From positions 68,572,001-68,636,000 of the forward strand of contig NW_027266308.1 of NCBI RefSeq assembly GCF_022045235.1: 64,000 nucleotides of DNA, read 5' to 3'. This document shows positions 1 to 11,994 of this stretch, piece by piece. Each line of letters begins with the position of its first letter. Positions within the stretch are counted from its first letter, which is position 1. Under the pieces are notes generated by a model. It saw nothing but the letters and a program-made list of their open reading frames with translations, made no database searches and had not been told where the DNA came from. The DNA is from Haliotis cracherodii. Taxonomy: Eukaryota. Position numbers and translations under genes: made by a program.

Positions 1-2019
1 TGGTCGGATTGAAGCCAGGTCTGGCAGAGAAGACTGAACACCATGACAAAGACTGGATGATTAATGGAAAGTGGGCAGTTATTTCATTCCACCAACTTTC
101 AGGACATTCTTAAAGATTTGTTACCGACGAGGAAACACGGGAGATATTTTGATGACTGTTGCTGAGATCTCACATATTTTCCAATTGTGCCATAATGAAT
201 TGGAAGTATTCAGGATTCAGTCTCAATTTCACCCCATTCCCATATGGTCTTCTTGACGTGCTTTATGTTGTAACTGGAAATGTCTGGAAACGGATTGATT
301 TAGTGACCAGTGTCGAAGGTTGGATTGCACGCTATTTTAATCAATCTACGTACATGTGAAATGCATTTTATGACCTAACCTGTAATGTGTTCTTGGTGCA
401 TGATACAATCCTGATCAGGCTGTGTATTGCATTTCCATTTGTATGTACGGTATCCAGGACTCGATTTAGCGATATGAAACTGGCACCGGTGCAACCTATT
501 TTTGAAAAGTGCAAACTAATATTTTTGTCTACATGCACCAAGTGCATGATAAAATGTTCATTTTTTGTCTGGTACAACTATGTTTTCATATCAACATGCA
601 CCTGTTGCAAGTTACATTAAGTTCCTTGAATGGAGACCTGCCTATCCAAATGTACTACCTGGGTACCCACCCCCCTATTACCTGACCCTACACGGGTATT
701 CACTGTATGTCTCAAGAGATAGGTACAAAATGTCTGATTGTGAATTTTTTTACCATAGCCCTGGCTAAACGTATTTAGATACATGTATTAAACAATCCAG
801 TCATGCATACACTGAAGCTGACTTAAGTTATATCTTTATTCAACCAAATGAAAAGTCAGAAGGCGTGGGCGCATAGTCAGAAAGAAATACAAACATTAGT
901 GACTTGTAGTGTAGCCATAGAGCTCTAGATAATTTCTGTCATTAAACAATATATCACGTGACTAACCACCTGTCCAGTAGTCCTGTGGGTACCCGGGTCC
1001 TACTCAGTCCCCACCCGACCCGGGTACCCGAGTTACCCGTCCCAGACCTACTATCTCTCCACTCTGTTTATGCTCTATCTCTATATTTGCTCTATCTCTA
1101 TATATGCTGTGTCTCTTTTATTATAAAATGGCTAATGACATTGATGCGATAAACCAATCCGATAAACTTGGCTTAATGATATGATAAAGTAGACACATTT
1201 TATGGATAACAACTTCTTTATTTTACTGTAATGGCCCGTTTCGTATAGAATAGGAAATGCCTATCCAACAATTCAAATAATGTGATAATTATGCAAATGA
1301 GGTCACCCAGCACATACAATACACATCTTTCTGAGTCGATGGTTGCAAACTCATATGCAGGAGAATTTCTGTGGGAAACTGCTCACGAGGGAGATGCTTA
1401 TGGTAAGGTCATTTTCAAGATGGGTTCAGGTTAGTTAGAATGAAGATATACATCAAATCGTACACTGGATTATTGAGGGGATTATTGAGGGTTGGGATAT
1501 CATGGATTATCATTTTGCACAAACAGGCAGACTGTGTTCCATTATTATGAAGTAGTCAAAACTAAAAAATTCTCGCATGCACGCACGCAGACACACACAC
1601 AATCAAAGAGACACACACATACAGACAGACAAAAGGACACAAAGAGACACATACACAAACAGACACAATCATGTGCCACCTTTAAAACATTAATAATCAA
1701 TCTACATTAAGTTTGTAAATGATGAGGGTGTTGATGTCTTGGGGGCATAATTAACTGGAGCACATGGTTCTGCAATGGCTACAATGTGAAGTTGTTGGGG
1801 TGTGCACGAATAATATTTAGTATCCCCAGGATTACAGAAAAAGTACCTGTATATGATTTGTTAGTTTTACACAAGTTGGAGAATATATTTTCACAGTTTA
1901 TGCTTTATGACGGTGCTATGTTGCATACATCACCGGTTTTGTACACATTACGCTCCCCACTCACGACCATACGGTGTAGTATTTTATCTACAGAATCAAA
2001 CCACAGTCTGGTTCAAGCA

Positions 2020-2297
2020 GGAGGCACGGGTGGCCCAGTCTTCTAAGGCGCCGCGATTCACTGTGCAGAGTTGCGTCCCTTGGGCATGCCAGAAACCTAT
2101 GATTGTGGGTTCGAATCCGGTTTGCCTCGATTATGTTCCTAGGTTTGTCAGCACCATACCCGTGCTCGTGGGTTTCACCGAAGTGGTAAACGTCTAAGAC
2201 CTGCATCACTTCGGGCTATCCTCCCACATTAAGCTGACATGCTGCGATATAACTGGAATACTGTTAAAAGCGGCGTTAAATCCAGGTCACTCACTCA
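2020..2297 (+). mobile_element. tRNA-derived SINE, family A
   Basis: A-box-like TGGCCCAGTCTTCTAAGG, B-box GGTTCGAATCC, tail GGAATACTGTTAAAAGCGGCGTTAAA+(CACT)n; near-identical to copies at 48814-49088 and 63517-63791. Confidence 0.85.
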
Positions 2298-3169
2298 CTG
2301 GTTCCAGAAAGTGCTCTAACCTGTGATCACTCAGATTACATCACACCACCTTCCAGCCATCTACTCCTCACACTGCTTCCAGCAATGGGTCATGTACAGA
2401 GTAGGAAAAATTGGATTAGCGTGAGTATTTCATGGCTTTATGTCATTAGGTGACAAAAACAGAGACACTTCACTACTACATTGCAGGAATTTGTGTACAC
2501 CAACCCACAAAGTATTGGTGGTGGTTGTGCTATTGTTCACAACAATTGTCCAGTGCTTCCACAGTGATTGTATTAATGTCTTACACCAATTCATGACATG
2601 TTCGTATTTGTGTATGAGCTCTGATCTTTTAAAGAGGCTTCAGATTTTGGCGTTCGATTCCCGACATGGGTACAATGTGTGAAGCCCATTTCTTGTGTCC
2701 CTGCCCTGATATTGCTGGAATAATACTAAAAGTGGCATAAAACCATACTCAATCAATCAATCAGATTTTTGGCAAAATGGCAGCTGTTTTACAACCTGAA
2801 TTGTGAAAAGAAGATGCCCGATATAGTTCTCTGAAGCAGGTCAATGTATGAAGAAAGTGCATTGAACCCTAGCTGTATGGGTTTTGTAAGTAATGTCTGG
2901 AGACCCGAGGAAATGGCGGACAAACATGTTGGGCGTTATATCAAACTATCATCATATTCCTGTTGTGGCCTTTGTTTTTTATGGATGTAACTTCTGTATG
3001 GACTGTTTCGGAGTATTTTCTTTGTTATTCACTGTGGTTACTTGCTGCTGTGCAAATGGGAATAAATTAATTTAAATAGATTGTGTCAATTCTGTTTGAT
3101 TTTGCTTTATGGCGCAAGTCAGTAAAAACTGTAAAATGAAGTTTGCTTTCTACCTCGCTCTACTTCTGT

Positions 3170-4935
3170 CTCTCCTCTCTCTCTTTTCTCTCTCCTCTCT
3201 CACACAGAGCCGGGTGGGTCTCTCTCTCTCGTCTTTCTCCTCTCTCACACAGTTGGGTGGGTCTCTCTCTCGTCTTTCTCCTCTCTCACACAGAGCCGGG
3301 TGGGTCTCTTTCTCTCTCTCGTCTTTCTCCTCCCTCACACAGAGTTGGGTGGGTCTCTCTCTCTCTCTCGTCTTTCTCCTCTCTCACACAGAGCCGGGTG
3401 GGTCTCTCTCTCTCGTCTTTCTCCTCCCTCACACAGAGCCGGGTGGGTCTCTCTCTCTCGTCTTTCTCCTCCCTCGCACAGAGTAGGGTGGGTCTCTCTC
3501 TCTCGTCTTTCTCCTCCCTCACACAGAGTAGGGTGGGTCTCTCTCTCTCGTCTGTCTCCTCTCTCACACAGAGTAGGGTGGGTCTCTCTCTCTCGTCTTT
3601 CTCCTCCCTCACACAGAGCCGGGTGGGTCTCTCTCTCGTCTTTCTCCTCCCTCACACAGAGTAGGGTGGGTCTCTCTCTCTCGTCTTTCTCCTCTCTCAC
3701 ACAGAGCCGGGTGGGTCTCTCTCTCTCGTCTTTCTCCTCTCTCACACAGAGCTGGGTGGGTCTCTCTCTCTCCTCCCTCACACAGAGTAGGGTGGGTCTC
3801 TCTCTCGTCTTTCTCCCCTCTCTCACAGAGCCGGGTGGGTCTCTCTCTCTCGTCTTTCTCCTCCCTCACACAGAGTAGGGTGGGTCTCTCTCTCTCGTCT
3901 TTCTCCTCCCTCACACAGAGTTGGGTGGGTCTCTCTCTCTCGTCTTTCTCCTCATTCACACAGAGTTGGGTGGGTCTCTCTCTCTCTCGTCTTTCTCCTC
4001 TCTCACACAGAGCCGGGTGGGTCTCTCTCTCTCGTCTTTCTCCTCTATTACACAGAGTTGGGTGGGTCTCTCTCTCTCTCGTCTTTCTCCTCCCTCACAC
4101 AGAGTTGGGGTCTCTCTCTCTCGTCTTTCTCCTCCCTCACACAGAGCCGGGTGGGTCTCTCTCTCTCGTCTTTCTCCCCTCTCACACAGAGTTGGGTGGG
4201 TCTCTCTCTCTCGTCTTTCTCCTCCCTCACACAGAGCCGGGTGGGTCTCTCTCTCTCGTCTTTCTCCTCCCTCACACAGAGTTGGGTGGGTCTCTCTCTC
4301 TCGTCTTTCTCCTCTCTCACACAGAGCCGGGTGGGTCTCTCTCTCTCTCGTCTTTCTCTTCCCTCACACAGAGCCGGGTGGGTCTCTCTCTCTCGTCTTT
4401 CTCCTCTCTCACACAGAGTTGGGTGGGTCTCTCTCTCTCGTCTTTCTCCTCCCTCACACAGAGTAGGGTGGGTCTCTCTCTCTCGTCTTTCTCCTCTCTC
4501 ACACAGAGCCGGCAGGGTCTCTCTCTCTCGTCTTTCTCCTCCCTCACACAGAACCGGGTGGGTCTCTCTCTCTCGTCTTTCTCCTCTCTCACACAGAGTT
4601 GGGTGGGTCTCTCTCTCTCGTCTTTCTCCTCTCTCACACAGAGTAGGGTGGGTCTCTCTCTCTCGTCTTTCTCCTCCCTCACACAGAGATGGGTGGGTCT
4701 CTCTCTCTCGTCTTTCTCCTCATTCACACAGAGTTGGGTGGGTCTCTCTCTCTCGTCTTTCTCCTCTCTCACACAGAGCCGGGTGGGTCTCTCTCTCTCG
4801 TCTTTCTCCTCTATTACACAGAGTTGGGTGAGTCTCTCTCTCTCTCGTCTTTCTCCTCCCTCACACAGAGTTGGGGTCTCTCTCTCTCTCGTCTTTCTCC
4901 TCCCTCACACAGAGTTGGGTGGGTCTGTCTCTCAC
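3170..4935. repeat. CT-rich minisatellite, ~42-bp unit (CACACAGAGCCGGGTGGGTCTCTCTCTCTCGTCTTTCTCCTCCCT), ~40 copies
   Basis: Direct inspection; variable (CT)n length shifts the frames. Confidence 0.95.
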
Positions 4936-5875
4936 ACTCACGCATGCAAGAACATGATTGTAGATAGGTTGTCTAACTTAGTCATTATTAGTTAGGGATC
5001 AGGTTTTATTGAGGTGATTCAACAGAATCAGGAAGCTACCAATAAAATATAAATATGGACAGTTACTCCCATGACATATCTGTAACATGACATGGGGGAG
5101 CATGAAAGAGTGGGACACATTCAGCAAGCATCGTAAAAAGGAACATGTTTATAAGCACTTTCTTTCAAAGGCAAAATAAAAGATTGAAGGCAACTCAAAC
5201 AAACTGAAAACAGTACAAATAATGGAGGCAAATTTATTCACGTTTTATTTCTCAAATTAAAGCAACATCTGAGTGTTGATGGTTGTATCCTCAAACACTC
5301 AAATGAGCGCGACAAAGTTACTTTTCCTTACCTTGAACAACACCGCCTTCCCCCCGGACTGGCCGAAAAAACATGTTTATAGCCATCTCATCTTCTCTGA
5401 TATTTACAGCAAATACAAACAGACATATCATTCAATCCTGTGTAGATGAATACTGCCACATTCAGTGGCAATTATGCAACAAATCAATAATATGAAATGA
5501 TTCCCTGTAAATAGTAAATACTGACTTCACAAGGAATGTCCAAAAACAAGGGACATGAGTCTCATGTCTCAACATAAGTTATATGCACAGTAAGAAATTG
5601 GTCACACACATATATATAACACTAGCACACACTATGATCCTGTATATAATATCCTGTATAATTATAGACATCATTCAGCAGACCTGGATTTCATTAAATT
5701 ACATATACACTGTGGCACAAGAAACGATTGTACCATTCACATTGTGATGTAGAAAAACAAGCAATATACAAACATGCGGCAGTCGGCAAGCAAACAAACT
5801 GATACTGCAGTGACGCTCAGGCCATGTATACTGATGGCTATAAATAAGGGGACAAGCAAGGGCTGGTACAGCTAC

Positions 5876-6277
5876 CTGTGTCCAGGGACGTGATGGGACA
5901 CGGTGAGGTACACGCCAGGTGCGGACGCTCGGCTGTGTCCAGGGACGTGATGGGACACGGTGAGGTACACGCCAGGTGCGGACACTCTGCTGTGTCCAGG
6001 GACGTGATGGGACACGGTGAGGTACACGCCAGGTGCGGACACTCTGCTGTGTCCAGGGACGTGATGGGACACGGTGAGGTACACGCCAGGTGCGGACACT
6101 CTGCTGTGTCCAGGGACGTGATGGGACACGGTGAGGTACACGCCAGGTGCGGACACTCTGCTGTGTCCAGGGACGTGATGGGACACGGTGAGGTACACGC
6201 CAGGTGCGGACACTCGGCTGTGTCCAGGGACGTGATGGGTCACGGTGAGGTACACGCCAGGTGCGGACACTCTGCTG
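5876..6277. repeat. 57-bp tandem repeat, 7 copies
   Basis: CTGTGTCCAGGGACGTGATGGGACACGGTGAGGTACACGCCAGGTGCGGACACTCTG repeated. Confidence 0.95.
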
Positions 6278-6324
6278 GGTCTTGTTCTGTGAATCATGTC
6301 AACTGACATTCTCCTGTCTTACAG

Positions 6325-6485
6325 GCGGTGGGGTAGCATTGTGGTCAAAGCGTTCACTCATCACGACAAAGACCCGGGTTCGATTCCTGACATGGGTACA
6401 ATGTGTGAAGCCTATTTCTGGTATCTCCTACTGTTATATTGCTGGAATATTGCTAAAAGCAGTGTAAAACCAAACTCACTCACTC
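6325..6485 (+). mobile_element. Short tRNA-derived SINE, family B
   Basis: GGTAGCATTGTGGTCAAAGCG…GGGTTCGATTCC…GGGTACAATGTGTGAAGCC…GCTGGAATATTGCTAAAAGC+(CACT)n, flanked by duplicated CTGTCTTAC. Related copies at ~2650-2762 (+), 42838-42988 (+), 44235-44326 (-), 57612-57745 (-), 57850-57925 (+). Confidence 0.85.
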
Positions 6486-6689
6486 TGCTGTCTTACTGTA
6501 ACGATAGCGACCAGCTGTTTCCTGGATTGTTTGATGAGTATAGCTGTCAATATTGTCGCGCCTTGTGTACCTCGGTATCATTATACTGAATCTGTGGCTT
6601 CATCTGTATCATTCTTTCGTTGACAACAGTAAATAAAAACAGTCAGCAGTACAACAAATTCAAGGATAAATGGGATGGGGGTGAGGTGA

Positions 6690-6985
6690 AATGGGGTTTA
6701 ACGTCATTCAAAATTATTGCCATTATATAGTGTACGTGTGTGTGTTTCTGATTGTACTAGTCCGGAAATGCTGGTTTTATGGTGCCAATCCATGCCACAG
6801 TTTAACATGGAGACTTCATTGTACCTCACTCAGACACAGATACTGACCCCATGCTGACCCCTTGTTTTTATCCCCTTAAAACCGAGCGCCAGCCAGGGTA
6901 ACAACAAGTACCACCTTATTAACATCTTTCAGGTAAACAGATCCGGGGATCGAACCAATGACCTTTCACTCTCCGGGCAGACACA
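6690..6985 (-). mobile_element. tRNA-derived SINE, distinct family (degenerate)
   Basis: Minus-strand B-box GGTTCGATCCCCGG followed by GGTACTTGTTGTTACCCTGGCTGGCGCTCGG; related fragment at 44403-44455 (+). Confidence 0.6.
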
Positions 6986-7134
6986 TCATGTATGTAAGTC
7001 TATGGCCCCTCATACAGTAACATGGAATTGAATATAAACCGTTGGGACAAGCAGCTTCATCATTCAGGATTGGGCTTATAAAAGCTAGATCTGCAGGGAC
7101 TCCCCGTCCCCATGGTGACAAACCTCAAACACTT

Positions 7135-7922
7135 CATCATCTTGTAAATGTCAGTGAGACATTACACAGAATCTAACATGTCACTGTCGATATCATCTTG
7201 TAAACGTCAGTGAGACATTACACTGACTCTAACATGTCACTGTCGATATCATCTTGTAAACGTCAGTGAGACATTACACAGAATCTAACATGTCACTGTC
7301 GATATCATCTTGTAAACGTCAGTGAGACATTACACCGACTCTAACATGTCACTGTCGATATCATCTTGTAAACGTCAGTGAGACATTACACCAACTCTCA
7401 CATGTCGCTGTCGATATCATCTTGTAAACGTCAGTGAGACATTACACCGACTCTAACGTGTCGCTGTCAATATCATCTTGTAAACGTCAGTGAGACATTA
7501 CACCGACTCTAACATGTTGCTGTCGATATCATCTTGTAAACGTCAGTGAGACATTACACCGACTCTAACAGGTCACTGTCGATATCATCTTGTAAGGTCA
7601 GTGAGACAGTACACAGACTCTAACATGTCGCTGTCGATATCATCTTGTAAACGTCAGTGAGACATTACACCGACTCTAACATGTCACTGTCGATATCATC
7701 TTGTAAACGTCAGTGAGACATTACACAGACTCTAACATGTCACTGTCGATATCATCTTGTAAACGTCAGTGAGACATTACACCGACTCTAACATGTCACT
7801 GTCGATATCATCTTGTAAACGTCAGTGAGACATTACACCGACTCTAACATGTCACTGTCGATATCATCTTGTAAACGTCAGTGAGACATTACACAGACTC
7901 TAACATGTCACTGTCGACATCA
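7135..7922. repeat. 56-bp tandem repeat, ~14 copies
   Basis: ATCATCTTGTAAACGTCAGTGAGACATTACACCGACTCTAACATGTCACTGTCGAT repeated. Confidence 0.95.
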
Positions 7923-8029
7923 AATGTTGAATGACAACAAATTTTATCAAATTGAATGATGACAAAACTGAAATTTTGAAAATGAAACATGGCATCATGG
8001 TTTAGTCTGAGTGAGAAAGTCTTTGCATC

Positions 8030-8293
8030 AGTCCAGAGGATGACTGGCTACAGTGTTTCACTAGTCCAGAGGACGACTGGCTACAGTGTTTCACTAGTCC
8101 AGAGGACGACTGGCTAGTGTCTCACTAGTCCAGAGGACGACTGGCTACAGTGTTTCACTAGTCCAGAGGACGACTGGCTACAGTGTTTCACTAGTCCAGA
8201 GGACGACTTATACTGTGTTTCACTAGTCCAGAGGACGACTTATACTGTGTTTCACTAGTCCAGAGGACGACTTATACTGTGTTTCACTAGTCC
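8030..8293. repeat. 33-bp tandem repeat, ~8 copies
   Basis: AGTCCAGAGGACGACTGGCTACAGTGTTTCACT repeated. Confidence 0.95.
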
Positions 8294-9984
8294 TCACAGT
8301 TTATCGCTAGTCATGCTTGAATAAGCCAAAACTGTCGACTATCATTACATTACAATCAGTTCTATTCTGTTCCAATTGTAGCAAAACTGAAACATTGAAT
8401 CAAATGCTACAAGTCAAAGAGGACTACAAGTTAGTTGTCTCGGGCTAACAGACCAGCTTAAATTAACTGGGATGTGTTCAAACTCCCAAATTGTAATACT
8501 GCATAACCAATAATAGCCACTTGCTAGTGTCACTTGTTAATAATTGGTTCCTCCTTGAGAAGATAAAACATGTAACACAACAGTTGCAACATTGTTGCAG
8601 GAATACAAAGGTGGCTCCGTCAATGTATACAACAACGTTATGTACAAGTTCCTGGTGTATATTGTTCACTGTTTTGTAAGGCCACACCGATGGTATTTCT
8701 TTTTCTTTAGTTGAGCCTCCAACTTTTCAAAAGGAAAGTATACCTTGAAATTTAACAAGCAATGTACAAAACAAGCCCCTGCACTTAAGTTCCGAAACTT
8801 TGGCAGTATGCTGCCGAATTCCATACAGAACAATCAACCTCACCATTTCAACAATACTGCTCCTTACCATAATGGGAATATGTTAAGGATAAAACACGAC
8901 TCCAAGGTTTTGTTTGAAAATGTAAAACAGTGAGTCAGGGAAAATAGCTTTTACTTTACTCAAGGTTTTACCTTCCCTTCAATAGGCAAAAATTTCTCAA
9001 AATATAACTTAACAAACAATTTCCCTTTAAATTGCATAAAATAACAGCTGTGAGAATTTAGGAGGAGAACAACTTGCTATGAAGTAATCTCAAAGTGAGA
9101 TGTGCTCTGATGAGTCTAATCAAAGGGGAAACGAGTCAGCATTGGTAACAAGCCAGCAGGTATCCCCAAACCAGAGTGACTATTTGTCCTCAGTTAAGGC
9201 CTTTTGGTAAAGAGGATAATTACAGTCCACTTGAAAAGGGCACGCAATTCATTCTCATCTCCCTGGGGAGTATACAACCCAACCTGTCTGTCAGGCACTA
9301 AGAGTAAATAGCCACATTACCATCTCCTCCTACCGGGTACCCACTCTCTGAGCAGCGGCATATTTCAAACAAAGTCACTTGCCCCAAAAGACACCACTTC
9401 AGTGTGGGGAAGGACTAAAGCCCTTGAAACTCTCAGAAGCCAAGCTGCTGCACATGGTCACCCCTCCAAGGACTCGCTGCGACCAAAGACGCCTAACACT
9501 GGACCACATAGCACTACTAATTTCCATAACTCCAAATGTCTCATTTAACAGTCTGGAATTATGACCAGATCCTAAAATACTCGGTAAAGATTCTTCACAA
9601 CCGCCATAAATACTGTAAATCATGAAATTAATGTGTCTCCAAAAGAATGCGACTGCTTGCCCCTAGCCAAAAATGCGACTCAATATTAATGCAACCTCTC
9701 AAGCATCATCTTAAGAAAATGTCCTCTGTCAGGTTTACAGGAGTATCACATTATTCCAACCTCACAATAATCCAATCACACACCAAATAGCACAGCTTAT
9801 TAGCGCTGAGGAGAGTATTTCCGCTAAAGCAATACATGCACACTGGCTCGTGACGGCATTTGATGTTGTCGCAAAGAACAAAGACACTGTGTTGCGTCTG
9901 TCAGGACTTGCAGGTGTGATCAGTGATGACATTAGTGAGAAGAACTCTTGTCTTGACCTGAGCAGGGACAATTCACAGGATGTA

Positions 9985-10205
9985 ATTAGTGTTTGAATGA
10001 CATTGTTTATATACTTGTTACAAGTGGTGCTCAATAAACAGTGATGTCGAATACATAGTTGTTTGTTTTCAACATATGTCTAAGTTGGTATTTCTGCTAT
10101 CCAAAATGTCTTATTGTTGACACAAATGCTATGTTTAATGATGCGAGCAAGGACCACTCGCATTTTTCACATTTAATTCAAGCTTGCGTTAATTTCAAGA
10201 TTTAC
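9985..10205. mobile_element. Dispersed repeat, second copy at ~60220-60440
   Basis: Shared TTTGAATGACATTGT…ATACTTGTTACAA…AATGATGCGAG…CTCGCATTTTT…ATTTAATTCA. Confidence 0.6.
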
Positions 10206-10436
10206 TGTACATATTCCAAATCATTCATGTACCTTCAAAACACAAGACACATCCCCAAATCAGGACAAATGCCCGCTTCATCGGAATATCTGTAAATTAC
10301 AATCTAACATTGTATAAAACAGTCATATCTTACAGGATTCAAGATTTGGTGTAGCCTTTCTCTGGCTGCCAGCTCTTGTATTATATATCTTATGGTAGAC
10401 TACAACAAGTCTTAATTCCACAGGGGCACAAGGAAG

Positions 10437-10779
10437 TAGGGCTGGGGCGATTCACCGACTCTGCAATCCGATATGTATCATGATACGTGCATGTGCTCTT
10501 ATCTGTCTTAAGCCATCTTTTTCATAGACAGGATGGCCAAATACCTGGCACACTGATGATTTGCAATTGGCAGTGTCAAGCATGGCTAAACAAATGAAAA
10601 TATTTATGTTTTCACTATTAACTTGCACGAATGATTAGTGTTTAGTGGAACTGTTATTAAAGCAAACATTTAAGGTCAGAATCTATATTTTTGACTTGGT
10701 GTGCGACTGTGATCCATACTTGTATTGAGAAGTAACAAATCGTGAACCATCGATGCATCAGTGTATTGTCCTACCACTA
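10437..10779. mobile_element. hAT-type MITE
   Basis: Imperfect TIRs TAGGGCTGGGGCGATTCAC / GTGTATTGTCCTACCACTA; 8-bp TSD CAAGGAAG/CAAGGAGG. Confidence 0.7.
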
Positions 10780-11511
10780 CAAGGAGGCATTTCATGTACT
10801 GGTATGCTCAGCTAGGCCAATGATTGGTTTACCTTTACAGCTGTTCTCACCCTGAATTTTTCAAAAGTTTAAACAAATGTGATTGATTGAAAGGTTGTTT
10901 TGGTTTGTGATAAAAAAAATTCCCAAAATATTTAAAAAAATGTTTTTTTACTTTTACCTCAAATAAACTCAACCAACATTTTGAATATTCTCCTGTCTTT
11001 GGACCCTTCATTTGTTAGGGGTCCTTGTCCTATTGCGATATGACCACCATTAAACCAGAACCTCAAGACTACTTGGACACATCTTACTGCAACAACTTAT
11101 CCAGTATTGATGGCTGCTGATCTCCATGTGTTAGTTAACTATAAAGCATAATCAGTTGTATTCATATAGTTGTAATGTAATATTCACCTAAGAACTGACT
11201 GAAACATTTTTTGCGTTGGAGGAATATATATTGATTGACACTGTGCACACAGGTTTGAACTCCATGAACATTAAAACATATAAAAGCAATTCTTATCAAT
11301 GAATACATCAACAATATCTTTACAGACTGCTTATTTAGTCATTACAGCAAAACACTGTAGACCACAGTACAAAGTCAGTGACAGCGTTCTGTGCAATAAT
11401 GCAACACAAGCTCCGCCCATTCCCATTCTATAATCAGCCAATCAGGAAACAATAAGTTTATTGCGATAAACGTAGAAGAAATTGCTTGCTTAGCCAATAA
11501 AATGCCACAGA

Positions 11512-11544
<33 letters not shown>

Positions 11545-11994
11545 TATTAACATAGATTTTATGTTTTTACATTTTATCAGACATACTGACTGATCCATTA
11601 TTATAGTTATTCAGTTCATCTGAAAATCTTAAGAGACAAAAGTAACAATGATATTTGTTGGCTGTCAATCCTAGTCTATATGATGCTTCATCATACTTGA
11701 TACAGTGTACTTCCAGATGGAGATGTTGTGTTAAACACTACCCTCAGTCATCCTACTCCTTTCTTTGTAGACTTTAATTAGTTTCAGCATTAATCTTTCT
11801 TTTAGCAGCATGGAGATTAATCTTTGAAATTCATTTTATGCCCTATTCAATACATTTCATATGCATTTTCAAAATGTTCTAATTCTTAGCTCACCTGACC
11901 TAACATGCCACGGCAGCCATATTGAAAATGTCAGTTTTCGGCCCATTACTCTACCGTTTCTGCATGAAATAACATTTGATACTTTTGGGACAGT

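Noticed and set aside
3109-4995. Long Ser/Leu- or Arg/Glu-rich ORFs
   Set aside because: Translations of a CT-rich minisatellite with frame-shifting unit lengths; no splice or domain support.
5332-6545. Chain of possible minus-strand exons including the 57-bp array
   Set aside because: No recognisable domain; removing the SINE would leave an implausibly short (~36-nt) intron. Kept only as a low-interest possibility.
7135-8293. CRISPR-like regular repeats (also other arrays)
   Set aside because: No unique spacers, no cas genes, eukaryotic context.
11885-11990. Minus-strand donor CAG|GTGAGC at 11894, suggesting a 3' UTR intron or new first exon
   Set aside because: The surrounding sequence (GGCAGCCATATTG…GCCCATTAC) resembles the dispersed repeat at ~26055-26100, so it is probably repeat-derived.
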